Source: an uncultured archaeon (GTDB lineage: Archaea; Iainarchaeota; Iainarchaeia; Iainarchaeales; JAAZKV01). Taken from it: a stretch of DNA of 64,000 nucleotides. Under the pieces are notes generated by a model. It ran no database searches, had not been told where the DNA came from, and saw only the letters and a list, made by a program, of their open reading frames with translations. This document shows positions 27,613 through 37,892 of this stretch, one piece after another (positions within the stretch are counted from its first letter, which is position 1; each line of letters begins with the position of its first letter). Location of the stretch: positions 21,028-85,027 of the forward strand of contig CAZJVN010000001.1 of NCBI GenBank assembly GCA_964549775.1. Direction: 5' to 3'. The position numbers and the translations under genes are program-made.

Positions 27613-29225
27613 ATCCACTAATTAAAAATTGGAGATTTATTCTTGTAGCAATATTCTTGCTAATTTCAATATCTTCATTATTATTTTACGGAATTACTTT
27701 TGGAATTGATTTTAAGGGAGGAACCCTTTATCAAATAGAATTACAAAGAGAAGTTTCTGCAACAGAAATTGCAAGAATTAGTACTATTATTCAACAAAGA
27801 ATTGATCCCGGCGGACTACGAGGAGATACTCTTTCTCCAGTTGGAGGAAAGTACATAATGATTCAAACTGCTGAAACTAATCCAACAGAGCTTGATAAAA
27901 TAGAATCAAGAATAAGACAACAAGGAAAATTTGAAGCAGTACTAAATGGAGAATTATTATTTACTGGAGATGAAATAAAAAGAATATCAAGAAAAGACGG
28001 GTATGGAGTTTCAAAAAATGGGAATGTGTATGAATGGAATTTACCTTTTGTTTTAAATGAAGCTTCTGCAAAACGATTTTCAGAAATGACTTTCCATCAA
28101 TGTACAGCAGTTTCTTTTACCCCTCAAGGAAAACCAGTTTATAATTGTGAAAAAACAATGTTCTTTTTAGATAAACCAAATGCACTTGTAGTACTAACTC
28201 AAGACCAATATGATTTTGATGAAGAAGAATTATTACTTGGAAATACTTTCCTAAATATCCCTGAAGGAACTAGTATTAGTGAAGTCATTGAAGATTCAAA
28301 AGTAGATGTATTAATTTATGACGGGACTGACTTTAATTCAATTTATTTGACAGAAGTATTAAAAGAAACAAATCAAGCAATTGTTTCTACTGATTTAAGT
28401 CAAAAAGCAATTGAAGACTTAAATAATTTTGGATTTATTGTAACAAAATCAACTGCCTCAAAAGATACTCCTTGGATTTGGAGTACCTTAAATGCTAAAC
28501 AAATTATTCGACTAAGTGAAGGAATAACAAATGAGGATGTTACTGATATTTCTCAAGCAAAAATATTTACTCAATTAAACATTAGTGGATCAAGAGAGAC
28601 AGCACAAATTGCCTTCCAAGACCTAGAAGAATTAGCAATATTACTTGAGTCAGGTTCACTACCAACTCCAGTTAAGAGTATTTCTAAAGAAACAATTTCT
28701 CCTTCACTAGGAAGTTCTTTTTTCATGAATGTTATAATAATGGGAATAGTTGCAATAATTTTTGTTTCTTTAGTGATAATTATAAGATACAAAAAAGCAA
28801 TTCTTGCTGTACCAATAATAGCTACTCTTCTTTTTGAAATAATAATTATGCTTGGAATACTTTCATTACCAATAATAAAACAACCACTTAATTTAGCCGC
28901 ATTTGCAGGAATTATAGCTGCGATAGGAACAAGTGTGGATTCAGAAGTAATTATTGTTGATGAAATAGTCGGAAAAGCAAGAAAGGAACACCTTTCTTTA
29001 ATTCAAAAAGTTAAAGAAGGATTATTCATCATCACTACTTCAGTATTAACAATGATAGCAGTAATGGGACCAATAGTTTTATTTTCAAGAACAATGCCTG
29101 GAATAAGCAACTTGTATGGATTTGCAGTAGTAGCAATTCTTGGAGGACTAATTGGAGTGTTAATTACAAGACCTGCTTTCACAAAAGTAGTTGAAATGAT
29201 TTCGGACAAAATAGATAAAAACTAA
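27609..29225 (+). CDS. secD: Protein-export membrane protein SecD
   Basis: 538 aa. Large extracytoplasmic loop then C-terminal TM bundle with ..AGIIAAIGTSVDSEVIIVDEI.. (SecD/F motif). Translationally coupled to secF. Confidence 0.75.
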   Translation: MNPLIKNWRFILVAIFLLISISSLLFYGITFGIDFKGGTLYQIELQREVSATEIARISTIIQQRIDPGGLRGDTLSPVGGKYIMIQTAETNPTELDKIESRIRQQGKFEAVLNGELLFTGDEIKRISRKDGYGVSKNGNVYEWNLPFVLNEASAKRFSEMTFHQCTAVSFTPQGKPVYNCEKTMFFLDKPNALVVLTQDQYDFDEEELLLGNTFLNIPEGTSISEVIEDSKVDVLIYDGTDFNSIYLTEVLKETNQAIVSTDLSQKAIEDLNNFGFIVTKSTASKDTPWIWSTLNAKQIIRLSEGITNEDVTDISQAKIFTQLNISGSRETAQIAFQDLEELAILLESGSLPTPVKSISKETISPSLGSSFFMNVIIMGIVAIIFVSLVIIIRYKKAILAVPIIATLLFEIIIMLGILSLPIIKQPLNLAAFAGIIAAIGTSVDSEVIIVDEIVGKARKEHLSLIQKVKEGLFIITTSVLTMIAVMGPIVLFSRTMPGISNLYGFAVVAILGGLIGVLITRPAFTKVVEMISDKIDKN

Positions 29226-29273
29226 TAAATAAAAAACTATTAACTTACAAAAAAACCAATTTTTAATTAAATA

Positions 29274-29849
29274 TTAAATTAATTCATAAAGCTCTTTTTT
29301 GTAAAGATATTTTAATCCAAAAATCAAAATTAACAAAATAAGTCCACTCATTAAAAACCAAGTCAATGAATGAACTAAATCTGCATCAAATCCAATCATT
29401 GCAGAATAAACTACTAGAATCAATCTTGGGATATTTAGTAGAAAAATTATCCCCCCTCCAATTAACACTAAGCTAACTTTTTTTACTAATTCTAACTTTT
29501 TTAGTGAAAAAACAATGGCGATCAGTATACTAATACTAAAAAAACCAAGGCAAGCATTAGAAATAGTAAAAACAGTTTTACCAACTAATACTTGGTTATT
29601 AATCACACTTAACCCTAAAAAACTTGAAACAATACCTGCTAGCACAGTACTAATGAAAGAAAGATCAATTATTTCAATTAGATAAATTAAAATGAAGAAA
29701 ATTAGAAAGAACTTTATTGAAAAGAAAATTAATTTTTTTAATTGAGAATTAGATTTATTCACAACATTTTTGGTGTTTTTAACAAAAGGTTTTATCTTTT
29801 TTTTAGAAGAAAACTTTTTTTTAATGAGGTTTTTTTTAATTTTGTTCAA
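29274..29849 (-). CDS. Small polytopic membrane protein, possibly a compact exosortase/archaeosortase-family protein
   Basis: K-rich N-terminus then about 5 TMs. TISNACLG (Cys in an ACxG-like context) and NIPRLILV (N-x-x-R) are spaced as recalled for the exosortase catalytic Cys/Arg. Low certainty. Confidence 0.3.
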   Translation of the reverse strand: MNKIKKNLIKKKFSSKKKIKPFVKNTKNVVNKSNSQLKKLIFFSIKFFLIFFILIYLIEIIDLSFISTVLAGIVSSFLGLSVINNQVLVGKTVFTISNACLGFFSISILIAIVFSLKKLELVKKVSLVLIGGGIIFLLNIPRLILVVYSAMIGFDADLVHSLTWFLMSGLILLILIFGLKYLYKKELYELI

Positions 29850-29854
29850 CTATT

Positions 29855-30364
29855 TCACCAAGGTACTTTTTTCAATTTTAATTTATACGCAATAATGTTA
29901 GTGGCAGAGTGCATAAAAATTGTAATAATTAGTAATGCTAAAATTACTTCAAGTTCGGGAAATCTTACAAATGAACTCAAAATTAGTCCGCCTAAAATGA
30001 AATCCCATTGATCTGCAACAGCCCAATGTGACCCTCTTTCGAGACCAATTCTTCGTTTTAAGAAACTCTTAACTATGTCTCCAAGCATTGCTCCAACTGA
30101 TAAAAAAACTATGAAAGTAAAATATTGATTTATTGATTGAGATAATGGAACTAAAAAATAAATAAGGGTTCCTGCTGAAGCCCCTACTAAAATTCCACTA
30201 AAAGTACCTAAAATTGTTTTCCCATCGCCAAAAATTCTTTGCCCAAACAACTTTTTTCCAAAATCAAGCGGAACGGTTCCGTGCAACATTATGGGCGCAG
30301 CATTAGCAAAATACATTGGAACTGCATAAATTAGAAACATAAAAAACAAATTAATTAAGTCCAA
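29855..30364 (-). CDS. carS: CDP-archaeol synthase CarS (CDP-2,3-bis-O-geranylgeranyl-sn-glycerol synthase)
   Basis: 169 aa, 5 TMs. ..FGDGKTILGTFSGILVGA.. and ..AVADQWDFILGGL.. match the CarS/DUF46 family pattern. Confidence 0.65.
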   Translation of the reverse strand: MDLINLFFMFLIYAVPMYFANAAPIMLHGTVPLDFGKKLFGQRIFGDGKTILGTFSGILVGASAGTLIYFLVPLSQSINQYFTFIVFLSVGAMLGDIVKSFLKRRIGLERGSHWAVADQWDFILGGLILSSFVRFPELEVILALLIITIFMHSATNIIAYKLKLKKVPW

Positions 30365-30393
30365 AAAAATTCAACCCCTAAAAAATAATCATA

Positions 30394-31089
30394 TTAAATT
30401 ATTAAAAAATAAATTATTATTACAAATACTGCTCCTGATGTTGATCCTAGAAGATTTACTTGCATGTTGTTTAATAACTTTCTTGTTTCAAACACTGCCC
30501 CAAATATAGAATCTACATTTGAACCAACTATCCCTGCAATAAAAATCAGTAAAGCAAATCCAAAATTTTGGTGAGACAAATAGTAAAGTAAAGCAATAAC
30601 AAGTCCCCCAAAAGCAGCTGCGCATTCTCCAAGTAAAGTTATCCCCCCATCTGTCCCTCTTGGAACTTTTTTTAGTGTGGTTATCATAATGGGATCTTTT
30701 TTTGAGTAATACCCAATTTCTGAAGACAAAGTGTCTGCTAAAGCTGCTGAAATTGCTGCAAAAAATGCTAACTCAAAAAGAACCGTACTTTCTGGAAAAA
30801 TTACTATTAAAATAATTGATATTAAAGCTGGTAAAGAATTCCCGACCACATTGAATACATTTCGTTTTTCGTGTTTCTTTTTTGGATAATTACTTGCAAT
30901 TTCTCCAATAATAAAAAATGTTACAACTGTAAAAAAAGCAATTGTGGGATTAGGAGCATAACTTATTGCAGCCAAACCCACTACATTAGCCACTAGCACT
31001 CCTTCAAAATCTAGTAACTTTTTATAATAAGAAAATAAAGAAAATACTATTAAGAAAAAAACAACTAAAAGCAATTCTTCAATATACAT
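30394..31089 (-). CDS. DUF92/TMEM19-family integral membrane protein (polyprenol/phytol-kinase-like superfamily)
   Basis: 231 aa polytopic. ..VPRGTDGGITLLGECAAAFGGL.. matches the DUF92 conserved block (R-G-x-D-G-G-[IV]-[ST]..G). Confidence 0.55.
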   Translation of the reverse strand: MYIEELLLVVFFLIVFSLFSYYKKLLDFEGVLVANVVGLAAISYAPNPTIAFFTVVTFFIIGEIASNYPKKKHEKRNVFNVVGNSLPALISIILIVIFPESTVLFELAFFAAISAALADTLSSEIGYYSKKDPIMITTLKKVPRGTDGGITLLGECAAAFGGLVIALLYYLSHQNFGFALLIFIAGIVGSNVDSIFGAVFETRKLLNNMQVNLLGSTSGAVFVIIIYFLII

Positions 31090-31257
31090 ATCAACTAACT
31101 TAATTAGTTAAAACTAATTTATATAACTTATACTATACAAAAAATTAGTGAAAAAAATAGTTTTCGTAGTGAAAAAATTTTAAAAAATCTGTTAAAAGAA
31201 ATAGATTTAGAGAAATTAATTTAATTAATTAAATCTAATTAACTTAATTTAACTAAA

Positions 31258-31872
31258 TTAATTTTTTTTCTCAGTAAATATTCCTTTTGCTGGAATAACT
31301 TTTTTAACTAAGAACACTTTTCCAGTTTTTTTTGCTAATTCACTTAATAAGTTTCCTAAAAGCAATTCTTTTGATACTTCTTCAAAGTCTTTTCCGGCTA
31401 AAGTAAATAATTCTTTTTGCATTATTTCTCTTATACCTGCTTCTTGTCTTCTTGTAGCTTTTTTGTCAGTTATTGCTACAATAGTGAATCTTGCTTCCCC
31501 ATTAGCTACAGGAATTTTTTCAATTAATGTAACTTTACTGTTTCTTCTTCTAATTGATCTTCCTAAAGATCCTTTATTCATTTCGAATTTTGATAATTTT
31601 GTAGAAACATTTTGTCCTTGTATGTCTGATACTTTTAAGTAAATATACCAATCTCTTTTCATTCTGTTTCCAGTTAATGTGTCAAGAGTTGTTCTTATTG
31701 TTCTATTAGCTAAATTTTTTGGTTTTTCTGCTGGTGTTTCTGCAATTGGTTTTCTGTCAAATAAAGGAGATGCGTTAATTGTGAACCATTTTTTCTTTTT
31801 CCATTTATCCACTACTCTTCTTGATCCTTTTCCTGCAGCCGCTGCTTGTGGTTTTACTTGTTGTTCTGCCAT
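31258..31872 (-). CDS. rps3ae: 30S ribosomal protein S3Ae (eS1)
   Basis: 204 aa, N-terminal ..KGSRRVVDKWKKKKWFTI.. and overall archaeal S3Ae pattern. Confidence 0.85.
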   Translation of the reverse strand: MAEQQVKPQAAAAGKGSRRVVDKWKKKKWFTINASPLFDRKPIAETPAEKPKNLANRTIRTTLDTLTGNRMKRDWYIYLKVSDIQGQNVSTKLSKFEMNKGSLGRSIRRRNSKVTLIEKIPVANGEARFTIVAITDKKATRRQEAGIREIMQKELFTLAGKDFEEVSKELLLGNLLSELAKKTGKVFLVKKVIPAKGIFTEKKN

Positions 31873-31885
31873 AAAATCATCCCAT

Positions 31886-32005
31886 TTATTTTAAAAATTC
31901 ATTAATTCTTTTTAATCCTTCAATTCCTTTTTCTTCTAAAATAATTTCTTCCCCTTTTTCACTCTTCTTTTTCAATTTTGCTTTTATTATAAGTCTTTCA
32001 ACCAT
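31886..32005 (-). CDS. Candidate 39-aa K/E-rich micro-protein between rps15 and rps3ae
   Basis: ATG 32005 to TAA 31886: MVERLIIKAKLKKKSEKGEEIILEEKGIEGLKRINEFLK. Exactly fills the intergenic gap. Not in ORF track. Could be a chance ORF. Confidence 0.2.
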   Translation of the reverse strand: MVERLIIKAKLKKKSEKGEEIILEEKGIEGLKRINEFLK

Positions 32006-32010
32006 AAAAA

Positions 32011-32445
32011 TTATTTAACAAGTAATGCTGCTTGTTCTGCAGAGTATTTCCAATCAAGTGGAAGTTTTCCTTTTTTAGAATAATATTTACCTAATTTTCT
32101 TATTTTTGAAACAGTTATCTCATATCCTCTTTTAGCAGAGAAGTCTTTTTTGTTTTTAGTTAAGTGTTTTTCTAGTATTACACTTCTTCTAATTAAATTT
32201 ATTAAATCTTCAGGCATTTCTCCTAAAAGCTTGTTTTCTTGTAAAACTCCTTGGATACTTTTACCGTTTGATAATTCAAAAAAATCTTTTACTCCATACT
32301 CATCTCTTAAAATTAGTCCAATTTTACTTGGAGAGTGCCCAGCGTTTGCTAGTGATAAGATTACTTCTTCAGCTTCTTCTAAAGGAATTTGTTTAGTAAC
32401 TTCTTTCCCTTTTTTTGATTCTTTCTTTTTAGCCATTTCAATCAC
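32011..32445 (-). CDS. rps15: 30S ribosomal protein S15 (uS15 / S13e)
   Basis: 144 aa. N-terminal S13e-type extension and C-terminal S15 helix-hairpin (..EITVSKIRKLGKYYSKKGKLPLDWKY..). Confidence 0.85.
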   Translation of the reverse strand: MIEMAKKKESKKGKEVTKQIPLEEAEEVILSLANAGHSPSKIGLILRDEYGVKDFFELSNGKSIQGVLQENKLLGEMPEDLINLIRRSVILEKHLTKNKKDFSAKRGYEITVSKIRKLGKYYSKKGKLPLDWKYSAEQAALLVK

Positions 32446-32612
32446 TTTAACCTTTCCATCCTTTTGGCATGGAAAAGAACAACAAAATTATGACATAATT
32501 CTCATAGCTAAGGTTTAAAAAGCTTGAGTCAAAGTTTTAAAAAATAACTAAAAAACGAAACTAAATTGAATTTGATAAAAAAAATCCACCCAAATCAAAA
32601 AAAGTTGAAAAA

Positions 32613-33236
32613 TCAATGATATCTTGCTCGTTTTTCTATTTTTTCCATTTGTTTTAGTAAATCAACATCAGGAGAATAACCTTTCATTACTAACGCCCAC
32701 CCCTTTTTTATCCCAGAATGGGTAGCGTTAAAGGTTTTTTTAAATACAATTAAATCAGTAGCTTTGTCTTCTAATTTTTTTGAAAAATAACCTAAACCAA
32801 AATCAATAAAAAAAATCTTTTCTTTATTTTTAGACCCTTTTTTTTCTAAAAAATATAATAAATTTGATGTAGTTAAATCTCCATGAATTACACCTAAGTT
32901 ATGCATTTTTTTTATTTCTTGACCCATAACTAAACACAAGTCTTTATTTTTTTCAATAACTTCTTTCACTGGAACACCTTCTACAAATTCCATTATTATT
33001 TCTGAAGAGTTTTCATTTACAAAAAATATTTGAGGAACATTAATTACTTTTGACGCTTCTTTTATTAATTTTGTTTCAGCACGAGTTCTTTTTTTTCTAA
33101 TAGACAGATCAAGAGAGAAATTTCTATAATTTTTTTGCGTTCTTTTTTTGTTAAGTGCTTTTTTTTGCTCAAAAATTGTTTCTATTAATTCAGCTTCTGC
33201 CCCTTTTTTATAAAATTTTTCCAAAATCATCACCAT
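32613..33236 (-). CDS. bud32: KEOPS complex kinase Bud32/PRPK (Kae1-associated kinase)
   Basis: 207 aa. ..LIKEASKVINVPQI.., catalytic HGDLTTSN, DFGL. Minimal RIO/Bud32-type kinase. Confidence 0.75.
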   Translation of the reverse strand: MVMILEKFYKKGAEAELIETIFEQKKALNKKRTQKNYRNFSLDLSIRKKRTRAETKLIKEASKVINVPQIFFVNENSSEIIMEFVEGVPVKEVIEKNKDLCLVMGQEIKKMHNLGVIHGDLTTSNLLYFLEKKGSKNKEKIFFIDFGLGYFSKKLEDKATDLIVFKKTFNATHSGIKKGWALVMKGYSPDVDLLKQMEKIEKRARYH

Positions 33237-33340
33237 TAATTTACAATTTTTTATAAAATAATTAACAATTAAAATTTAATTAATGACAAAACTTGTTTAA
33301 CAAAAAATTACTTAATAAAATATTTAATTAAAAAAAGTAA

Positions 33341-33835
33341 TTAATTTAAATTTGAACAAGCTTGTTTTAGTTCTGTTTTTATTTGCTGAGCTACAGTCAA
33401 GTATTCTTCAATCATTTCTTTTTGTCCAACTCTTAATAATTCTTGTTCGTTTTTACTTAATGAATTAATTTTTTCAATTGCTTTAATTGCTGCACTCTCT
33501 GACAATTTTGCTGCTTGGTAAGATTTTATCAAGTAAGGCGATTTGCAGTTTTCTGAAATTATTTGAATATTTGACGCTTGTTTCATGGACATTAAAACAT
33601 AATAAAATGATTGAGCTGAATATAGTTCAGCATTAGCTAAATTAGAATTCATATTTTCAAGAACTAAATCATTAATGTAAGCTAACATTATTTCATCATT
33701 TTGAGAAAATGCTGTTTGCATTGAATATTTTTCTTTTAAATGATTAATTCTTGCCGAGTCATTTGTGCCAGTTTCAATACACCCAAAAGTTAGCAAAATC
33801 AACAATATTGTTATTATTGCAACTGTTTTTTTCAT
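33341..33835 (-). CDS. Hypothetical secreted lipoprotein (164 aa)
   Basis: Signal peptide MKKTVAIITILLILLTFG-C (lipobox-like) then helical body. No domain recognised. Confidence 0.5.
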   Translation of the reverse strand: MKKTVAIITILLILLTFGCIETGTNDSARINHLKEKYSMQTAFSQNDEIMLAYINDLVLENMNSNLANAELYSAQSFYYVLMSMKQASNIQIISENCKSPYLIKSYQAAKLSESAAIKAIEKINSLSKNEQELLRVGQKEMIEEYLTVAQQIKTELKQACSNLN

Positions 33836-33895
33836 AATAATATAAGGATTAGTTAGTATTAAATTCTTTCTTAGCTTTAAAAAATGCGATAATTT

Positions 33896-35035
33896 TTATT
33901 CACCAAATATCTTTTCAAAAAGCCCTTTTCTTTTTTTTGAAGAATTTTCTTCGTTTTTTAATTGCTCCAGTATTTCTTTTTGTTTTTTTGATAATTTTGA
34001 AGGAGTTTCGATTATTACTTTTATATATTCATCCCCAATTTCGCTAGACTCTAATTTTTTTATTCCTTTTCCTTTCATTTTGAATATTGTTCCTGTTTGA
34101 GTTCCCGCAGGTATTTTTAAATCAGCTTTTCCTTTTAGTGTTGGTACTTCCACAGTTGCTCCAAGTGCTGCTTCTGAAAAACTTATTGGAATTTCTGCGT
34201 AAATATCTTCATCGTCTCTTTTGAATATTTCATGTTTTTCTACTAGAATTACTAAAAATAAATCTCCTGAACCGTGTTTTCCTTCATTTCCTTTTCCTTG
34301 TAATCTTAAATGATTTCCTGAATTTATTCCAGCTGGAATTTTTATACTTAATTTTTCTGCCTTCTCTTTTAATCCAATCCCTGCACATTTTGTACATTGT
34401 TTTTCTGCAACTTTTCCTCTCCCTTTACATTTGTGGCAAGTAGTTTGCATTTGGAATATTCCAAATGGGGTTCTTTGTTGTTTTATTTCGACTCCTCGAC
34501 CGTTACAAACTGTGCAATTTTTTAATTCTCCTTCAGAACCACTCCCTCCACAATTTTCACATTTAACAAATCTATCATAATTTATTTCTTTATTTACCCC
34601 AAAAGCAGCTTCTTCAAATTTAAGTGTTAAAGTTATTTTTATGTTTGAACCCAAATCTTTTTTTTCTCTTCTTTGTCCACGTGAGGAACCAAATATATCA
34701 TTTATGTCATCAAAACCAAATCCGCTAAATCCTGAAAAATTATTAAAAAGATCTTCAAAATCAAAATCGGTTCCGTGCCCAAATCCTTGCTGTTTGTATC
34801 CTGAAAAGTTTTTGTATGCTTCCCCGTAGTTGTCATAATTTTGTTTTTTTTCAGGATCTGATAAAACGGAGTAGGCTTCATTTATTTCTTTAAACTTTTT
34901 TTCAGATTCTGCTTCTTTTGAAACATCAGGGTGGTATTTTTTTGCGAGTTCTTTGTATGCTTTTTTTATTTCATCAATAGAGGCATTTTTTTTTACTCCT
35001 AAAATGTCGTAATAATTTTCAGGCACAAAAATCAA
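33896..35035 (-). CDS. dnaJ: Chaperone DnaJ (Hsp40), type I with CxxCxGxG zinc-finger repeats
   Basis: J-domain (YYDILGV..HPD), G/F region, four CxxCxGxG repeats, C-terminal domains. Listed start is TTG; GTG 9 nt downstream is also possible. Confidence 0.9.
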   Translation of the reverse strand: MIFVPENYYDILGVKKNASIDEIKKAYKELAKKYHPDVSKEAESEKKFKEINEAYSVLSDPEKKQNYDNYGEAYKNFSGYKQQGFGHGTDFDFEDLFNNFSGFSGFGFDDINDIFGSSRGQRREKKDLGSNIKITLTLKFEEAAFGVNKEINYDRFVKCENCGGSGSEGELKNCTVCNGRGVEIKQQRTPFGIFQMQTTCHKCKGRGKVAEKQCTKCAGIGLKEKAEKLSIKIPAGINSGNHLRLQGKGNEGKHGSGDLFLVILVEKHEIFKRDDEDIYAEIPISFSEAALGATVEVPTLKGKADLKIPAGTQTGTIFKMKGKGIKKLESSEIGDEYIKVIIETPSKLSKKQKEILEQLKNEENSSKKRKGLFEKIFGE

Positions 35036-35238
35036 CTCTTTTTTCCCAAGGCTTTTTAATTAGTTAAATTATATTCAAAAGGTTTAAGAAGTTGGTTTAT
35101 ACTAGCTAATAAAATTAGCTAGCAAACCAATTTCCTTTTTGTTGATTATTGTTTTGAATATTATTTTTTTCTTTTATTGACTCATTATCTTTTTCTTTTA
35201 CTTTTTTGTCTTCTTTTTGAATTTCACTTTGAGGTGAT

Positions 35239-37101
35239 TCACTTTTTATCTGATTTTTCTTCGAAATCTGCGTCAACAACTTTTTCATCCCCTTCACTTC
35301 CTTTTGATTCTTGACCCTTGTTGTTTTCTTGTGGATTTTGTCCTTGTTGCGCTTTTTGATAAACTTCTGTTCCTACTTCTTGCAGTATTTTGTTTAGTTC
35401 TTCCATTTTTGTTTTTATTTTTGAACTTTCTTTTTTGTCTTTTGCTAATTCGTCTTTTAGTTCTTTTAATGTTTCATTTATTTTATTTTTATGCGCTTCA
35501 GAAATTTTGTCTTTTAGTTCTTCTAACATTTTTTCTGTACTATATACTGTTGCATCAGCATTGTTGAAGAGTTCTATTTCTTCTTTTACTTTTTTGTCTT
35601 CTTCTGCGTGAACTTCTGCTTCTTTTTTCATTTTTTCTATTTCTGCGTCGTTTAGTTTTTGTGAGGCAACAATTTTGATACTTGTTTCTTTTCCAGTACC
35701 AGTATCCTTTGCTGTTACATGCACTATTCCATTTGCATCAATATCAAATGATACTTCAATTTGAGGCATTCCTCTTGGCGCAGGTAAAATTCCCGTTAAT
35801 TGGAATCTTCCTAGTGATTTATTGTCTTTTGCAAGAGGTCTTTCTCCTTGGATAATGTTGATATCAACTGTTGATTGATTGTCTGCTGCTGTTGAGAACA
35901 CTTGACTCTTTTTTGTTGGGATTGTGGTGTTTCTATCAATTATTTTTGTTGATACTCCTCCAAGTGTTTCTATTCCTAAACTTAGTGGAGTTACATCAAG
36001 TAACAGTACATCTTTTACTTCTCCTGCTAATACTCCTGCTTGAACTGCTGCACCAATTGCAACACATTCCATTGGATCTATCCCTCTTTCAGGTTCGATT
36101 CCAGTTATTTTTTTTACAAAGTTTTGTACTATTGGCATTCTTGTTGGCCCTCCAACTAAAATTACCTTATTTATTTCTGCCGCAGTTAATTTTGCGTCTG
36201 CTAGAGCTTGTGTTATTGGTTTTTCACATCGAGTAATTATTGGTTTTATTAATTCTTCAAGTTTTGCTCTGTTAATTTTTATTGATAAGTGTTTTGGGCC
36301 TGTTGAATCTGCTGTAATGTAAGGCAAATTTATATCTGTTTCAAGAACTGTAGATAATTCTATTTTTGCTTTTTCTGCAGCTTCTCTTACTCTTTGTAAA
36401 GCCATGGAATCTTTTTTCAAATCTAGTCCTTGTTCTTTTTTGAATTCTTCACACAAGTAGTCTAAAATGATTTCATCCATATCTGTTCCACCAAGTTCAG
36501 TGTCTCCTGAAGTTGATTTTACTTCAAATACTCCTGAACCTAGTTCCATTATGGTTACATCAAGTGTTCCTCCACCTAAATCAAATACTAAAATTTTTGA
36601 GTCTTTGTTTTGTTTGTCAAGCCCATATGCTAGTGAAGCTGCTGTTGGTTCATTAATTATTCTTATTACTTCAAGACCTGCTATGGCTCCTGCGTCTTTT
36701 GTTGCTTGTCTTTGGTTATCATCAAAGTATGCTGGAACAGTAATTACTGCTTTTTCTACTTTGTCTCCCAAAAAGCTTTCTGCGTCTCTTTTTATTTTTT
36801 GTAAAATGAATGCTGATATTTGTTGTGGTGTGTATTCTTTTGCATCAATTTTGTATTTGTGACTTGTCCCCATTTTTCTTTTTGCTCTTGTAATTGTTCG
36901 ATCAGGATTTGTTACTGCTTGTCTTCTTGCTGGTTCTCCAACTAAAACTTTTCCATCTTTTGAGAATGCAACGTAACTTGGAAACGCTTTTCCATAAACT
37001 GTGTTTCCTTCTGCTGAGGGAATAATTTTTCCTTTTCCTCCTTCAAGCACTGCTGCTGCACTATTACTTGTTCCTAAATCTATTCCAATTATTTTACTCA
37101 T
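35239..37101 (-). CDS. dnaK: Chaperone DnaK (Hsp70)
   Basis: [18 protein letters not shown], full NBD + SBD + acidic C-terminus. ATG 37101 preceded by GGTGAT. Confidence 0.95.
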   Translation of the reverse strand: MSKIIGIDLGTSNSAAAVLEGGKGKIIPSAEGNTVYGKAFPSYVAFSKDGKVLVGEPARRQAVTNPDRTITRAKRKMGTSHKYKIDAKEYTPQQISAFILQKIKRDAESFLGDKVEKAVITVPAYFDDNQRQATKDAGAIAGLEVIRIINEPTAASLAYGLDKQNKDSKILVFDLGGGTLDVTIMELGSGVFEVKSTSGDTELGGTDMDEIILDYLCEEFKKEQGLDLKKDSMALQRVREAAEKAKIELSTVLETDINLPYITADSTGPKHLSIKINRAKLEELIKPIITRCEKPITQALADAKLTAAEINKVILVGGPTRMPIVQNFVKKITGIEPERGIDPMECVAIGAAVQAGVLAGEVKDVLLLDVTPLSLGIETLGGVSTKIIDRNTTIPTKKSQVFSTAADNQSTVDINIIQGERPLAKDNKSLGRFQLTGILPAPRGMPQIEVSFDIDANGIVHVTAKDTGTGKETSIKIVASQKLNDAEIEKMKKEAEVHAEEDKKVKEEIELFNNADATVYSTEKMLEELKDKISEAHKNKINETLKELKDELAKDKKESSKIKTKMEELNKILQEVGTEVYQKAQQGQNPQENNKGQESKGSEGDEKVVDADFEEKSDKK

Positions 37102-37187
37102 ACAAATCACCACTCCATTTTTTAAAAAATAACTTTTTTAAAAATAAATAACTCCTAATTTCTTGATAAACCCATTAATCTTTTTTT

Positions 37188-37724
37188 TCACAAACAAATT
37201 TTTTTTCCACTTGAAATACTTACTTTTGTTGGTCTTAGTACTTTTTTATTTAAAAAATATCCATTCAATAATACTTTCACTACTTTATCTTCTCCAAATT
37301 CTGAATCTTCTTTCATCAAACAATCCATTGTTTCATGATCAAAGTTTTTTCCTTCACTTACTTGTATTTTTTCTAACCCGTTTTTTTTCAAAATTGCATA
37401 TAATTGTTCATAAATTAAAACAAATTCTTTATTGTGTTTTACCCCTTGTTCAAGTGTGTCAAGAACTGGAAGTAATTGCTCAATTAAGGAAGCATTTGCA
37501 AATTCCTTAAATTCCAAATTATTTTTGTGTGTTCTTTTTTGATAATTTTCAAACTCTGCTTGAAGTCTTTGCAATGTTTCTGTTAATTCTTTGATTTTTA
37601 TTTGATCCTTATTTGATTCTTGATTATTGTTTTTATCTTGAGTATTATTTACTTCTTGATTTTTACTTATTTCTTTCTCTATTTCTTTTGACTCATTTTT
37701 TGCATTTAATTCAACTTCAACCAT
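37188..37724 (-). CDS. grpE: Nucleotide exchange factor GrpE
   Basis: 178 aa. Coiled-coil N-terminal half and C-terminal beta-domain (..KVSISSG..) typical of GrpE. First gene of grpE-dnaK-dnaJ. Confidence 0.8.
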   Translation of the reverse strand: MVEVELNAKNESKEIEKEISKNQEVNNTQDKNNNQESNKDQIKIKELTETLQRLQAEFENYQKRTHKNNLEFKEFANASLIEQLLPVLDTLEQGVKHNKEFVLIYEQLYAILKKNGLEKIQVSEGKNFDHETMDCLMKEDSEFGEDKVVKVLLNGYFLNKKVLRPTKVSISSGKKICL

Positions 37725-37892
37725 AAAAAAACACTAATCAATATATGGTGCCGAAATATTTAATAATCTTTCCCAAGTGTCTAAATAGTTTGAACAATAA
37801 TGCTACTGTTTAGACAATCTTTTTAAATTGATTGGTGTTTAATATTAATACAAGTCAAAATCAAATGAAAATATACATTAACCGGTGTTTTT

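Noticed and set aside
35304-36862. Four + strand ORFs (87-131 aa) inside dnaK, and 35115..35297 overlapping its 3' region
   Set aside because: Antisense or overlapping translations of the highly conserved dnaK. Low-complexity L/F/S-rich products.
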